A stretch of 64,000 nucleotides of DNA from IMG/VR virus record IMGVR_UViG_3300014836_000691, positions 10,000-73,999 of that record; one strand, written 5' to 3'. Of this stretch, positions 1 through 9,444 are shown in pieces. The notes under the pieces were generated by a model, which was not told the DNA's origin, did no database searches, and saw only the letters and a list, made by a program, of their open reading frames with translations. Made by a program: the position numbers and the translations under genes. The stretch comes from a virus. The stretch's first letter is position 1. Every line of letters starts with the position of its first letter.

Positions 1-2
1 TT

Positions 3-317
3 ATCGTAGGCGGTGCGGCTCGCCCTGCGTTCCCAGAATTGCCAACCTCAGAGGGCAACTGGAATGTTCCCATTACCGTTATGCTTATGTCCTCGATTGA
101 CGATACAACGGTGGACTCGCACAACGAAATGTCCCACACGATTAGCAACGCCCTTGCCCGAAGCGATGCTAGGCACAAGTCCAAGGTGCAAGGCTTGGTG
201 ATTTACGATGTGATACAGGGGTCGATGGGGGAAGAGAACGAGGGCAGAAAGTTCATCACCGTCCACAACTACGAGGTGCTGGTTAACTACCAGCCAACCC
301 CTCCGCTGGCTGACTGA
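3..317 (+). CDS. 5'-truncated virion protein, possibly tail completion/terminator
   Basis: Frame open from the window edge; beta-rich pattern; lies upstream of the tail module. Confidence 0.4.
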   Translation: MVGGAARPAFPELPTSEGNWNVPITVMLMSSIDDTTVDSHNEMSHTISNALARSDARHKSKVQGLVIYDVIQGSMGEENEGRKFITVHNYEVLVNYQPTPPLAD

Positions 318-323
318 GCCTCT

Positions 324-686
324 TTAGAGGGGCTTCATACCCAGAGGGTAGACCTTGCCGTTAAAGTGGTCAGACACCCGCCCAGCGTAGGACAAATCGT
401 CCTCCAGCGTCTTGCAGAGGATAGCCAACTCAGAGGCGAGCAGGATGTGGTCGGCTTCGACCCTTTCGAGCCTACGCTTGGCTTCATCCACGACCTCTTG
501 TGACCCATCCTCGTCCTTGCTGTTGAGCAGGTCGAGTTCGTGTTCCAAGTCCTCACGGTAGAACTTGAGGTCTTTGTCGCAGTCTTGGTATTCCTTAGCC
601 TTTTCGAGAGCCTTGTCCAAGGAGTGCTTGGAGGAGGCGAGGAAGGAAACGATTTTGTTGATGTTGGAGTCGGCTTGGGTTTTCAT
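324..686 (-). CDS. hypothetical coiled-coil protein
   Basis: ATG at 686 in ACGACCTATG context, downstream of a TTGACA-N16-CATACT promoter. Confidence 0.7.
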   Translation of the reverse strand: MKTQADSNINKIVSFLASSKHSLDKALEKAKEYQDCDKDLKFYREDLEHELDLLNSKDEDGSQEVVDEAKRRLERVEADHILLASELAILCKTLEDDLSYAGRVSDHFNGKVYPLGMKPL

Positions 687-749
687 AGGTCGTGCTTGAA
701 TATAAGTCAGTATGGGCAACTTGGGGTTGGTGTCAATAGCAAAGACAAA

Positions 750-872
750 TTAATTCTTCTTAGTCAGAAGCCAGTAAGCGAACCAGCCAGCCCCGATGCC
801 ACAGACGATAGTATGGGCATTGTCGAGGAACACGCCGAGTTCAGCGTCCGTGAATGCGAGTAGGATATTCAT
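750..872 (-). CDS. 40-aa small membrane protein (MNILLAFTDAELGVFLDNAHTIVCGIGAGWFAYWLLTKKN)
   Basis: Translated by hand; AC-rich leader CAACAACACACACACTATG; hydrophobic segment followed by KK. Confidence 0.6.
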   Translation of the reverse strand: MNILLAFTDAELGVFLDNAHTIVCGIGAGWFAYWLLTKKN

Positions 873-896
873 AGTGTGTGTGTTGTTGGAGATTGA

Positions 897-1148
897 TTAG
901 CCGATGCTGTTGAAGGCATCCACGATGGACTGAGCCAACTTGCGACAGCGGGAAGCCTCGTAGTGTTGACCCTTCTCATCATAGTTCTTGGCGGCTTCAA
1001 GGAAGCACTTGGAGGCGAAGGTGAGTTTGTTCCCACCGTCCTTGAGGATTTCCCAAGCCGTCTCCTTGTATGAATCGGCAACGGCGTTGCTCTTGGGGGT
1101 GAAGTCAGCCTCAGTCAGTTGTTTCATAGGTTCGTGTTTCATACCCAT
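897..1148 (-). CDS. hypothetical protein
   Basis: ORF directly after a TTGACT-N16-TAGGGT promoter. Confidence 0.6.
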   Translation of the reverse strand: MGMKHEPMKQLTEADFTPKSNAVADSYKETAWEILKDGGNKLTFASKCFLEAAKNYDEKGQHYEASRCRKLAQSIVDAFNSIG

Positions 1149-1239
1149 CACCCTAGACAATCTTTTGCGTAAGTCAACAAGATTTTGTCTATGCTATGTT
1201 TTTAGTTGAATCTCAACGGTTTATTGGAACGATAGGGGT

Positions 1240-1820
1240 ATGGAAAAGAACACGGTTATCAAGCAACTCAAAGACAGCCTTCGGGAAACCGAACAGCAAA
1301 ACACCTTCTTAAAGGAGAGGGTTGATATGCTGGAAAAGTCGAACGAGGAACATACGCAGTATTATCTTCGTCAGATTGACGACCTTAGAAGCCAATTGAA
1401 GAAGGCTTACAAGACCGCATAATCTTATGCCCGAAACAACCCCGACAACTCAGAATATAACCATCCTGTCGTTTGAGCAGGTGTATGAGGTAAGCAGGAT
1501 GCGTGAAACAATAACGGCTCTTGAAGCCGAGAACAAGGCTCTCTGGTCGATAGTCGAAGCCCAGAAAAGCCAAATCCATAACCTCAAAAACTACTCCACC
1601 GATGGACAAGCCTAATAAACTGGATGAGGCTTTTGCTCTGCTGAGCAGGGAAGTCGAGGAATTGCGTAACGACAACGAGTCGCTTCGCACCCTTGTCAAA
1701 GGGCTTACAGCCCGCCTTGAGTCGGAGAAGAACGCAGATGCAGATAGGGAATGGGCTACGGAGTTGGCTCACCAAGTAGCGGAAGTTGTGGTGAAGCGTA
1801 TTTCTGGCTTGCAAAAGTAA
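1240..1820 (+). CDS. three tandem small coiled-coil proteins (1240-1422, 1427-1615, 1602-1820)
   Basis: Closely packed ORFs with heptad patterns. Confidence 0.65.
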
Positions 1821-1843
1821 AAGCGGTTGGCTATCCTGTCTCT

Positions 1844-1957
1844 ATGAATAAAGAACATTGAATGCCTGTGGCAAACCCGCCGAAGGCGTAAAGACTGGTG
1901 ACGACCAGTCGAGGGGCTAGTATCCACAGGGTTAGTGGGCTAGCCCCTTCTAATTTT
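1844..1957 (+). ncRNA. candidate structured small RNA or attenuator
   Basis: TTGCAA-N17-TATCCT upstream; CCTGTGG/CCACAGG stem enclosing two hairpins; GAGGGGCTAG/CTAGCCCCTT terminator followed by a T-run. Confidence 0.4.
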
Positions 1958-1995
1958 TACCTTGACCCAAACTAATCGAAACCTAAATTGATTGT

Positions 1996-2799
1996 ATGAA
2001 AGACAAAGACATTGATGGGCTACTTGCTAGCCTAGTTGAACTAGACGACTTGCGAGCCGAGAACGCCCGCCTAAAGGCCGAGGTCGAGCGGCTGAAGGAA
2101 GGCAACGACTGCCTCGACAAGATGCACGAAAAGGAAATGGAAAGGTCGGCTTACCTTTGCGAAGAAGTCAATCGCACCACCGCTTGGGGTCGTGGGCTTG
2201 AGTCCGACCTGTCCCACGCAAGGGTCGAAATCTCGTTCCTCAAAGCCGAGGTCGAGCGGCTCCGTGCCTCGTCCTTCGTGACCGCCGTCCCTGTCGAGGA
2301 ATATGAGAAACTCAAGGCCGAGGTCGAGCGGCTGAAGGCAGAGCGTGTTCACGACCTTAACCAGATTGGTGGCTTGCAGGAAGAGGTCGCCAGTCTTACC
2401 GAGAGCCTAAACAGGCATCGTGAGATAAATGACGAACTTGATGCTCGTTGCAATCAACTCAAAGCCGAGGTCGCTGAATTAAAGAACCAGCCAGACCCGC
2501 TGACCGCCTATCTTTACGCCGCCGAGTTAGGCAAGCAGGACAAGAAGATACTTAAGGCAGAAGTGGAGCGACTTAAAAACAACTGCGACTACCTTGACCA
2601 AAAACTGGATGAGGAAATCGACAAGTCTGCGATGCTTTGTGGGCAGGTTGAGCGACTCCGCAAGGCTGGGGATGCGGTTGCGTTGGACTACGCTGAACGC
2701 ATCGAGATTGAGGCAGGAGAAACAGCCAAGACGCTAATGAAGACCCTCCCTGTTCTGCGTGACTGGAACGCCGCCAAGGAGGGCAAGCCGAGCGTATGA
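1996..2799 (+). CDS. modular coiled-coil protein with LKAEVERL repeats
   Basis: Six (L)KAEVERL-like repeats separated by variable segments. Confidence 0.8.
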   Translation: MKDKDIDGLLASLVELDDLRAENARLKAEVERLKEGNDCLDKMHEKEMERSAYLCEEVNRTTAWGRGLESDLSHARVEISFLKAEVERLRASSFVTAVPVEEYEKLKAEVERLKAERVHDLNQIGGLQEEVASLTESLNRHREINDELDARCNQLKAEVAELKNQPDPLTAYLYAAELGKQDKKILKAEVERLKNNCDYLDQKLDEEIDKSAMLCGQVERLRKAGDAVALDYAERIEIEAGETAKTLMKTLPVLRDWNAAKEGKPSV

Positions 2800-3208
2800 G
2801 CCTCAACATACCTAGGTATAAAATCAATACTCTGTGGGGCTTTTGGGGGTTCGTTCAAGACAACAAGGAAGGTAAGTTTTGCGAATACCGAGACTATGTT
2901 AGACTTCAGCGGGAGATGGATAAACAGCGTCTTGTGCTGGTTTCCCATCACGACTACGCAATCAGATTGGAAACTGAAAATCAGAAACTGAAAGAGGAAC
3001 TTAAGAAATACAAGGTATGAAAACCAAGCCAGCAAAGAAGCGGACTTGGCAAAGACCAGCCCACGGCGGGGGAAATATTGTGGCTGGACTGAAGAATCAA
3101 ACACCCTCTGAGTTCGCCACGACACAGCGATACTTTACGGACGCTAAAGCCAGATGGGAATGGCTGTTTGACCCTGTTCGCAACAAGTGGAAGCCTCCTG
3201 TTAAGTAA
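2796..3208 (+). CDS. two small hypothetical proteins (2796-3020, 3017-3208)
   Basis: ATGA overlaps chain them into the operon. Confidence 0.65.
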
Positions 3209-4128
3209 TGCCAAAGGGAGTAGACATAGTTGCCAGAACCAAGTCCTACGACAAGGGGCATTGTTGGCAGTATGACATTCGGGTTAAGAACCGAAATAGG
3301 GACTTGTTTGAGTCCGTTCTGACTGAGGGGGAGGTGTCGAAACTGAAGGTTTCCGATTTCATCTTTAAGCGTCTGACCTCAAAGGAGGAAAAGGAGGCGG
3401 CAACCGCCTTCATCCAACGCCACGAATGGTTGGGCAATTTGTCCCAATACACTACCCATTGGTTTGGTGCGTTCCTACACAATCCAAAGTCTGGTCTTTT
3501 CGGGGAGGATATTATGGCAGGGGTGATTTTGATGAATCTGCCAAACGCATTCTCCAAGTTGCTTGGCGAGGAAACCAGCGACCTTGAAAGACTCATTAGC
3601 CGTGGTGCTTGTGTTTCTTGGAGTCCGAAGAACTTGGCTAGTTCGTTCTTGATGTGGTGCGTCAATTGGATGGTCAAGAACACCCGCTACAGGCTCTTCA
3701 CCGCCTACTCCGACCCAACGGCAAAGGAACTTGGAACTATCTACCAAGCCTGTAATTTCTACTATCTTGGACAGGATGCGGGGACAATGAGTCGTTATGT
3801 GAATCCATACACAGGGAAGGTGGTTAGCGATAGGTTCTTCCGACAGCGTAGTGCCTACAAGAAGTTCGCCAAGGAACTTGGCATTTACTGGGAGAAAGAG
3901 TGGAGCGACAACAAGGGCGTTCTCTGGGCTAATATTCCGAAGGATGTTGAAACCGCCCTTCGCACCCATTCCAAGAAAAAGCAAGCCGAGTCCCAGCGTG
4001 TCTCAATGCCAAGTAAGCACAAATACGCTTTCGTGCTAGGCAAAAACAAGGCTGAAACAAAGCGTCTCAGAAAAGATTTCGAGCAACGCAACAAAGTGCT
4101 TCCCTTTCCCAAGGAGAGGGGTAAATGA
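3208..4128 (+). CDS. Mom-like GNAT DNA (adenine) modification enzyme
   Basis: Motifs FIQRHEWLG, KNLASSFL, AYSDP..ELGTIYQACNFYYLG and SKHKYAF, typical of Mom-like proteins. Confidence 0.7.
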   Translation: MPKGVDIVARTKSYDKGHCWQYDIRVKNRNRDLFESVLTEGEVSKLKVSDFIFKRLTSKEEKEAATAFIQRHEWLGNLSQYTTHWFGAFLHNPKSGLFGEDIMAGVILMNLPNAFSKLLGEETSDLERLISRGACVSWSPKNLASSFLMWCVNWMVKNTRYRLFTAYSDPTAKELGTIYQACNFYYLGQDAGTMSRYVNPYTGKVVSDRFFRQRSAYKKFAKELGIYWEKEWSDNKGVLWANIPKDVETALRTHSKKKQAESQRVSMPSKHKYAFVLGKNKAETKRLRKDFEQRNKVLPFPKERGK

Positions 4129-4134
4129 GGTCTT

Positions 4135-4536
4135 ATGATTTACGAGTTTCGCAATCCTATCCCAGTAAAGACCGCCATCGGCTATGGTTGGCTGATGTAT
4201 GTCCGAGACGGAGGCACTTGGTCTAACGACATTTTCGCCGTGGTTCTAGAGAAGGATGGGGTAATTAGGCATATGCGAACTGACCAGTTTTCCGTCTTGC
4301 GGAACGACACCTTCGACATAGAAAACACGGAAGAATCTTAACCTATGGAAACACCAAACGCAGAAGAACTGGCTAAAAAGTGTGACGAGTTAACCAAGGA
4401 AGTCCGAGACTTACGGATTGAACTCAAGATTTCCTACCTTGAACGAACCGTCCTTCAGTTGAAGATGGAAAACAACTCCTTGATTGGTCAGAACAAGGCC
4501 TTGAAGGAACAACTTGAAAACCCTCCCCTCCGATGA
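4135..4536 (+). CDS. two small hypothetical proteins (4135-4341, 4345-4536)
   Basis: Packed ORFs in the operon. Confidence 0.65.
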
Positions 4537-4868
4537 TTAATGCTGGATGGGTTCGTGGGAAGAGCAAGATTGGCTACGGCAAGACCAAGCAGACGGTCTT
4601 AGAGGCCTCCAAGAAAGGTCTTACATTGAAAGAGGTCGTAGCCCTTTCTGGGCTGACCGAGGCGGCTGTCAGAAGTGCCGCCGTAAAATACAAGGTGGTT
4701 ATCAAGACAGATTCTGGTCGTGGTAAATACGGCGTGTCTAAGGAGGCGGTAGAATGGGCGATAAAGAACAACGCATCCTGCAAGGAAGCCGCCAAGAAGT
4801 TCAAGGCTAAGGTGAACACGGTCTATCGTGTAGGTCTTGACTTAGGAGTGAAACTCCGCAAGATTTGA
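4533..4868 (+). CDS. tandem HTH-like basic DNA-binding protein
   Basis: Two repeats of YGxxKxxV...LTLKEVxxxxGLTxxAV; paralogous to 5084-5470. Confidence 0.6.
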   Translation: MINAGWVRGKSKIGYGKTKQTVLEASKKGLTLKEVVALSGLTEAAVRSAAVKYKVVIKTDSGRGKYGVSKEAVEWAIKNNASCKEAAKKFKAKVNTVYRVGLDLGVKLRKI

Positions 4869-4874
4869 ACGCTA

Positions 4875-5114
4875 ATGAAAATACGAGCAAAACACAAACA
4901 AGTCAAAAACGCAGTCCTCGACCACTACGAAACCCATACAGCCCCAGAGATTGCCGTTCTGACTGGATTGGATAAGCGTAGCATCTATATCGCCGCCAAG
5001 TATCTTGGTGTCCAGATGAAGCCAGCGAAGCGTGGCGGTATCCGCATCAAGGGGCAGAAGTGTTCCTGTGGTGCAAATGGGGTATGCCAAGAATCGCAGG
5101 GCGAGGTCGTGTAA
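4875..5114 (+). CDS. small HTH-like protein
   Basis: TAPEIAVLTGLDKRSIYIAAKYLGV. Confidence 0.55.
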   Translation: MKIRAKHKQVKNAVLDHYETHTAPEIAVLTGLDKRSIYIAAKYLGVQMKPAKRGGIRIKGQKCSCGANGVCQESQGEVV

Positions 5115-5470
5115 AGAAACTCTTAGAAGTCGCTAAGCGAAAGGGACAAACCATACAGTTTCTCCTTCGCAAGAATAGGTGGCTCACTAAGGGAAGCCTT
5201 TACAAAAGCATCAGTTTCTACGGCATTCGGATTAAGTCTGAATCTGGAAGGGCTGACTATGGCTCAGCAAAAGAAGCCGTCTACGATGCCCATCAGCGGG
5301 GCATATCACTAGCCCACTATTCTAGGAAAAGCCGTTTTAGTTACAGCACCCTACGCTCGATTGCCAGCAGACTTGGCATCGAAACCGTTAACGCTTGGAA
5401 ATATAGCAGAGAGAATGGGATAAGGAGAACTAAAAGGTGGGGTATGGTTGACACACGCCAAAAATCGTGA
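5084..5470 (+). CDS. HTH-like basic protein, paralog of 4533-4868
   Basis: Shared IKSESGRADYGSAKEAV / IKTDSGRGKYGVSKEAV. Confidence 0.6.
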   Translation: MPRIAGRGRVKKLLEVAKRKGQTIQFLLRKNRWLTKGSLYKSISFYGIRIKSESGRADYGSAKEAVYDAHQRGISLAHYSRKSRFSYSTLRSIASRLGIETVNAWKYSRENGIRRTKRWGMVDTRQKS

Positions 5471-5682
5471 GGCTTTCCAAATCCAAGGTTAACCTAATCC
5501 TTGCCAATGTAATCTGGAAGTTCGGTCATACCTTCTTCAAAATCGGTGATTTTGTGGGTGGTTACAGGTTGCTGTGCTGGCAACAGAAGGGATGGGATAA
5601 GGCGGGAGACTTCCTTATGAACCTTTCTGCCAAATACGCTCTTCGTGGTTATATGATTAAAAAGGGTCACAACGACTGGTAA
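5467..5682 (+). CDS. hypothetical protein
   Basis: GTG start 19 nt after TTGAC-N6-CAAA. Confidence 0.5.
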   Translation: MRLSKSKVNLILANVIWKFGHTFFKIGDFVGGYRLLCWQQKGWDKAGDFLMNLSAKYALRGYMIKKGHNDW

Positions 5683-5716
5683 GTTGACAAGCGTCCAAGG
5701 AAAACCGTAGACAACT

Positions 5717-6112
5717 ATGCCTAACCCTCCTACCCCGCTTACGCAGACTGACAGCCCTATCACCTACGGCACTATCTTACAGTATGGTCTTGGTGACCTC
5801 TCTGTTGCTGGCATTATCATCGACTCTTACAGACGAGATGGGTCGTATGCGGACACGCAGGAAGTTACCAACCAAGTTGGTCTTACGGTTGGCGTTCGTA
5901 TGCAGGATTTCCGAGCCAATGTCTCGCTTGATGGTCGAGTCCTTCAAGACACACCCTTCACGGTCAAGGCTGGTGCTACGCTGGAAGTGAATGGGGATAC
6001 TATTGTTATTACCCAAGTTTCCTACTCTGGACAGGCTAGAGGCTTCCACAGCCTCTCGATTTCTGGAACAGCCTACGAAGGTGTGACTGGACTTGAAGCC
6101 GCTGGCTTCTAA
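5717..6112 (+). CDS. putative tail tube (major tail) protein
   Basis: 131 aa, beta-rich; first gene of a tube-chaperone-tape measure order. Confidence 0.6.
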   Translation: MPNPPTPLTQTDSPITYGTILQYGLGDLSVAGIIIDSYRRDGSYADTQEVTNQVGLTVGVRMQDFRANVSLDGRVLQDTPFTVKAGATLEVNGDTIVITQVSYSGQARGFHSLSISGTAYEGVTGLEAAGF

Positions 6113-6126
6113 GCCTTAATCAAAAT

Positions 6127-6762
6127 ATGGACGGTCGATTTTTGACCGCCTTCGTCCTTCCTCCAGACAGGAAGATAATGGGATACAAGTTGAAGCCTTA
6201 CACGCTTCGACATTCCCTTTATCTTATTGCTCTGCAACATCCTATGGTTGTGGGTAAGGAGAAGGAAACAAGTCCGCAGGACTTGCTCGCCTTCCTTCGT
6301 ATCTGCTCATCTGAGCGTCCAGACCTAGCCTTTCGGAAGCCGACTATTATGGACATTTGGAGGATAGCCAGAATGCAATCCGACATACGATACTTTTACA
6401 GGGCTATGAAGGACATACTTATTTATATGAATGAGTCGTGTTCGTCACCGCTGGTTTACACCAAGGAGGAGGGTAAGGAGAAAAAGAAGGACGGCATTCC
6501 TAGCCCTCTAGTTATGGCTACCGCCCTAATGTCCAGACTGCATATGACACCAGAAAGGGCTTGGAATACGCCTGTTGGACAGGCGGTCTGGTATCTTACC
6601 GCATTTTCAGCATCCGAAGGGGCAGACATTAAGATTCTGTCTACGGAAGATGAGCAACGAGCAGACTTTGAAAAGGAGTTCCTTCAGAAGTTACAAGCCG
6701 AAGAGTTGGCAAAACTCAAAGAGAAGATGCGTAACAAAATGAACAAGAAAGGAGGCGACTAA
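6127..6762 (+). CDS. putative tail assembly chaperone
   Basis: Between tube and tape measure; LHMTPERAWNTPVGQAVWY motif like chaperone C-termini. Confidence 0.6.
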   Translation: MDGRFLTAFVLPPDRKIMGYKLKPYTLRHSLYLIALQHPMVVGKEKETSPQDLLAFLRICSSERPDLAFRKPTIMDIWRIARMQSDIRYFYRAMKDILIYMNESCSSPLVYTKEEGKEKKKDGIPSPLVMATALMSRLHMTPERAWNTPVGQAVWYLTAFSASEGADIKILSTEDEQRADFEKEFLQKLQAEELAKLKEKMRNKMNKKGGD

Positions 6763-9413
6763 TGCCTCCCTCATCTGGCGGTGGTGCTGGCGGTGGCGGG
6801 CAGGTTACGGTCAATGTTAATGTCAATACACGCAACGCCCAACAGCAAATAACCTATCTTGGGGCTATGATGAACGAGTTTGGTCGCCAAGTGACCTCTC
6901 GTCTGACTAGTATGTTCTCCGCTGTCGCCGTAGTCACAATGGCGTTCCAGAAGGTGACGCAAGCGATGCAACAGAACATCGCCACGGCTAAGCAAATTGG
7001 TCAGTTGTCGGCTAAGTTCCATATCGACCCCAAGGAGGTGCATTCCCTGCTCCTGTCGGCTAATGACGCTGGAGTATCGGTTCGTGCCTTGCTTATGTCG
7101 ATGAAGCAACTTGGGGCGGCTGCTGGCAAGGCATCGTTCAGCAAGGATTTCCGTGAAACATTCAAGATGCTGGGCATTGATGCTTCCAAACTTTCTGAGA
7201 TGGCATCGAAGCCAGCCAAACACTTTGCGGAGGTTGCGAAGCAACTAATGCAGATTGGCTCTGAGACTACAAGAGGGGCAATGGGGGCGAGGCTTCTGGG
7301 AAGACAATACCAGAATATGCTTCCGCTTATCGAGAAACTTGGAAAATCCGAAGAAGAGCGACAGAAGTTCTTAAACAACGAGAACGCACTCGGTAAGCGT
7401 GAGGTCGATAGTGCAAAGGCTAACGCCAAGGCTCAAGCGGAGATGAATGAGTCTTTCAACAAGTTGATTGCGACATTGATGCCTCTTGGCACAATCCTTA
7501 CTAACCTCTTCCAATTGATTATCCTTGGGTTAAAGCGTATTGCCATCCAGTTTGGAGACTATGACGACAACCGAAAGGGGTCGGATAGTTTTGCCATAGG
7601 TGGAAGGAAGGCACAACTTGCTTCACTTGTTGAAGGGCATTTAAAATCCAAAGAAAGACCAGACATATACAAAGGCCATTCTTACGATGAACTGGTTTCA
7701 TCCTACGGAAAAGACGCAATCGACAAAGAAATTAAGTTGCAACAAGTCGGAGGTCTTCGCCTTGGTAACAAATTGAGTTTGGAGGGGCTTGGCCCTAACG
7801 AAGCAGCCTTTGCAAGAGGGATGGAAGGAGTGCATATGGGAATATATGCAACTCCTGGGGCCAGCGGAAGGGATGAATACAAATCTCTTTTTGAAAAACT
7901 TGGCTTAGAGGACGAAGGCAAGACTATGCACGCTGGCTTTTATAGACAACGACATAACGGACAAAATATTTTTGAAAATGAAGGCTTTGTTCAAGCCTAT
8001 GTTAAGTTTTCTAAAACACTAGATGATGTTTCTGAAAAGAAAATTGCTTCTTTAACAAAAGATGAACGCAATATTTTAAATAGGTTAAAACAGTTAAAGT
8101 CAGCAAGCGGCAAGTTCAGCCTTTCTGCGAACTCTGCCATCAACTCTCCCCAAGAACAAATCGCTGGGAAACAGGAATTGATAAATTATAACATTCAAAG
8201 GCAAAGAGAGGCTGGTGCTACAATTGATGCCAAGGAGGATGCTGCTAATAGAAATGCGGTGGAAGTTCAAAAGGTAATAGCACAATTTAAAACCGCCGCC
8301 TCTGCGATGACTGATTCGCCAAAGAATTATAGGTTTAACGAAAAAACTGGCGAAGTGGAAGAGTTTGACCCCACTCAAGCCCGCCAAGGTGGGGCTTTAC
8401 AGTTTTTCCGTGACCCTGCGGCAGAGGAGAAGGCAAAGAAAAAGCAAGAGAAGTTGGACAGAGCCGCAAGGCGGGCTGAAGCCGAACTTGAAATTGCTGG
8501 ATTAGACAGGGAAGACCCAACCTATCAGCAAAAGAAAATCGCAATCCAGATGGATTTGGCAAGCGAAGAGGAAGAGGATGCTCAAAAGGAGGCTACTAAG
8601 AAGCGTGATGAGTTGGAGGGCAACATAACTGGCGTAAGTATGTCTGCCAATGTAAAGAAACTTTACTCTCAGTTTGAGTATGCCAAGGTGATGCACGAAC
8701 AGGATTTGGGTAGCGAAGAAAAAGCAAACAGAGCGTCACAGGCGTATGACGCTTACCTTACGGCAGTTCAAGCGTTAGAAACAACTACGGCTGAAGTCTC
8801 TCAGCACGAAACCAATGTTACCAAGGCTAAGGCTAAGCAGTTAGAACTGGCTGAGCAACTTAAGCAGGTTGAGGAAAAGCGTTTTTGGAAGAATAAAAAG
8901 GAGAATGAGGAAATTGCCAAGGACGACAACGACAGAAAGCGAAAGACCCACGAACGGAAAATCAAGGATATGAAACTTGAGGGGAAGAGCCAAAAGGAAA
9001 TCGACAAGGCTAACTTTGATTTCGAGGTCGAGGAACTTGAGCGTCTTGCCGAAGAACACGACAAGGCGTTGCTGGAGGCAAACGAAGATGGGAAGATAAC
9101 AGACGAGGAGCGAGCCGATGTTCGCTCCAAGGAGGAGGCTGTGGACGCTCAATACGATAGGGTTCAAGATTCCATATACGCTATGGCAAACAAGGGAACT
9201 GGTGCTGTTTCCGACCTCAGAAAAGTGGGTGGCGGTGGTCTTGCTTATGCAATCGCAGACGATGTGGCTAAGCAGGAGTTGGATGAGGTGCGTAGGCAGA
9301 CAGGTATTCTTGGCAAGATTGAGGCGAATACTGCGGTTGGCGAAAGAGGTCAGCGTGGTCTTAAGGGTCTTATTGATAAAGGAGTCTATGGCGACGACAA
9401 TACTCCCGACTAA
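6762..9413 (+). CDS. tail tape measure protein
   Basis: 883 aa helical, A/K/E-rich; FKMLGID...GARLLGRQYQNMLPLI motif; position in module. Confidence 0.85.
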   Translation: MPPSSGGGAGGGGQVTVNVNVNTRNAQQQITYLGAMMNEFGRQVTSRLTSMFSAVAVVTMAFQKVTQAMQQNIATAKQIGQLSAKFHIDPKEVHSLLLSANDAGVSVRALLMSMKQLGAAAGKASFSKDFRETFKMLGIDASKLSEMASKPAKHFAEVAKQLMQIGSETTRGAMGARLLGRQYQNMLPLIEKLGKSEEERQKFLNNENALGKREVDSAKANAKAQAEMNESFNKLIATLMPLGTILTNLFQLIILGLKRIAIQFGDYDDNRKGSDSFAIGGRKAQLASLVEGHLKSKERPDIYKGHSYDELVSSYGKDAIDKEIKLQQVGGLRLGNKLSLEGLGPNEAAFARGMEGVHMGIYATPGASGRDEYKSLFEKLGLEDEGKTMHAGFYRQRHNGQNIFENEGFVQAYVKFSKTLDDVSEKKIASLTKDERNILNRLKQLKSASGKFSLSANSAINSPQEQIAGKQELINYNIQRQREAGATIDAKEDAANRNAVEVQKVIAQFKTAASAMTDSPKNYRFNEKTGEVEEFDPTQARQGGALQFFRDPAAEEKAKKKQEKLDRAARRAEAELEIAGLDREDPTYQQKKIAIQMDLASEEEEDAQKEATKKRDELEGNITGVSMSANVKKLYSQFEYAKVMHEQDLGSEEKANRASQAYDAYLTAVQALETTTAEVSQHETNVTKAKAKQLELAEQLKQVEEKRFWKNKKENEEIAKDDNDRKRKTHERKIKDMKLEGKSQKEIDKANFDFEVEELERLAEEHDKALLEANEDGKITDEERADVRSKEEAVDAQYDRVQDSIYAMANKGTGAVSDLRKVGGGGLAYAIADDVAKQELDEVRRQTGILGKIEANTAVGERGQRGLKGLIDKGVYGDDNTPD

Positions 9414-9444
9414 CCCCATTAGAGGCTGACAAAAACACAATAGT

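Noticed and set aside
1878-1892. Glycine or c-di-GMP riboswitch (CGCCGAAGGCG, GGCAAACC)
   Set aside because: The other conserved elements (GGAGA and CTCTCAGG, or the GACGCAAAG arm) are missing; kept only as an unclassified structure.
2071-2660. CRISPR-like repeat-spacer pattern
   Set aside because: Spacings are 72-168 nt, all multiples of 3, in frame in a coiled-coil ORF with synonymous variation; no cas genes.
6127-6762. Programmed frameshift in the tail chaperone
   Set aside because: A single ORF runs directly into the tape measure start; there is no second frame to shift into.
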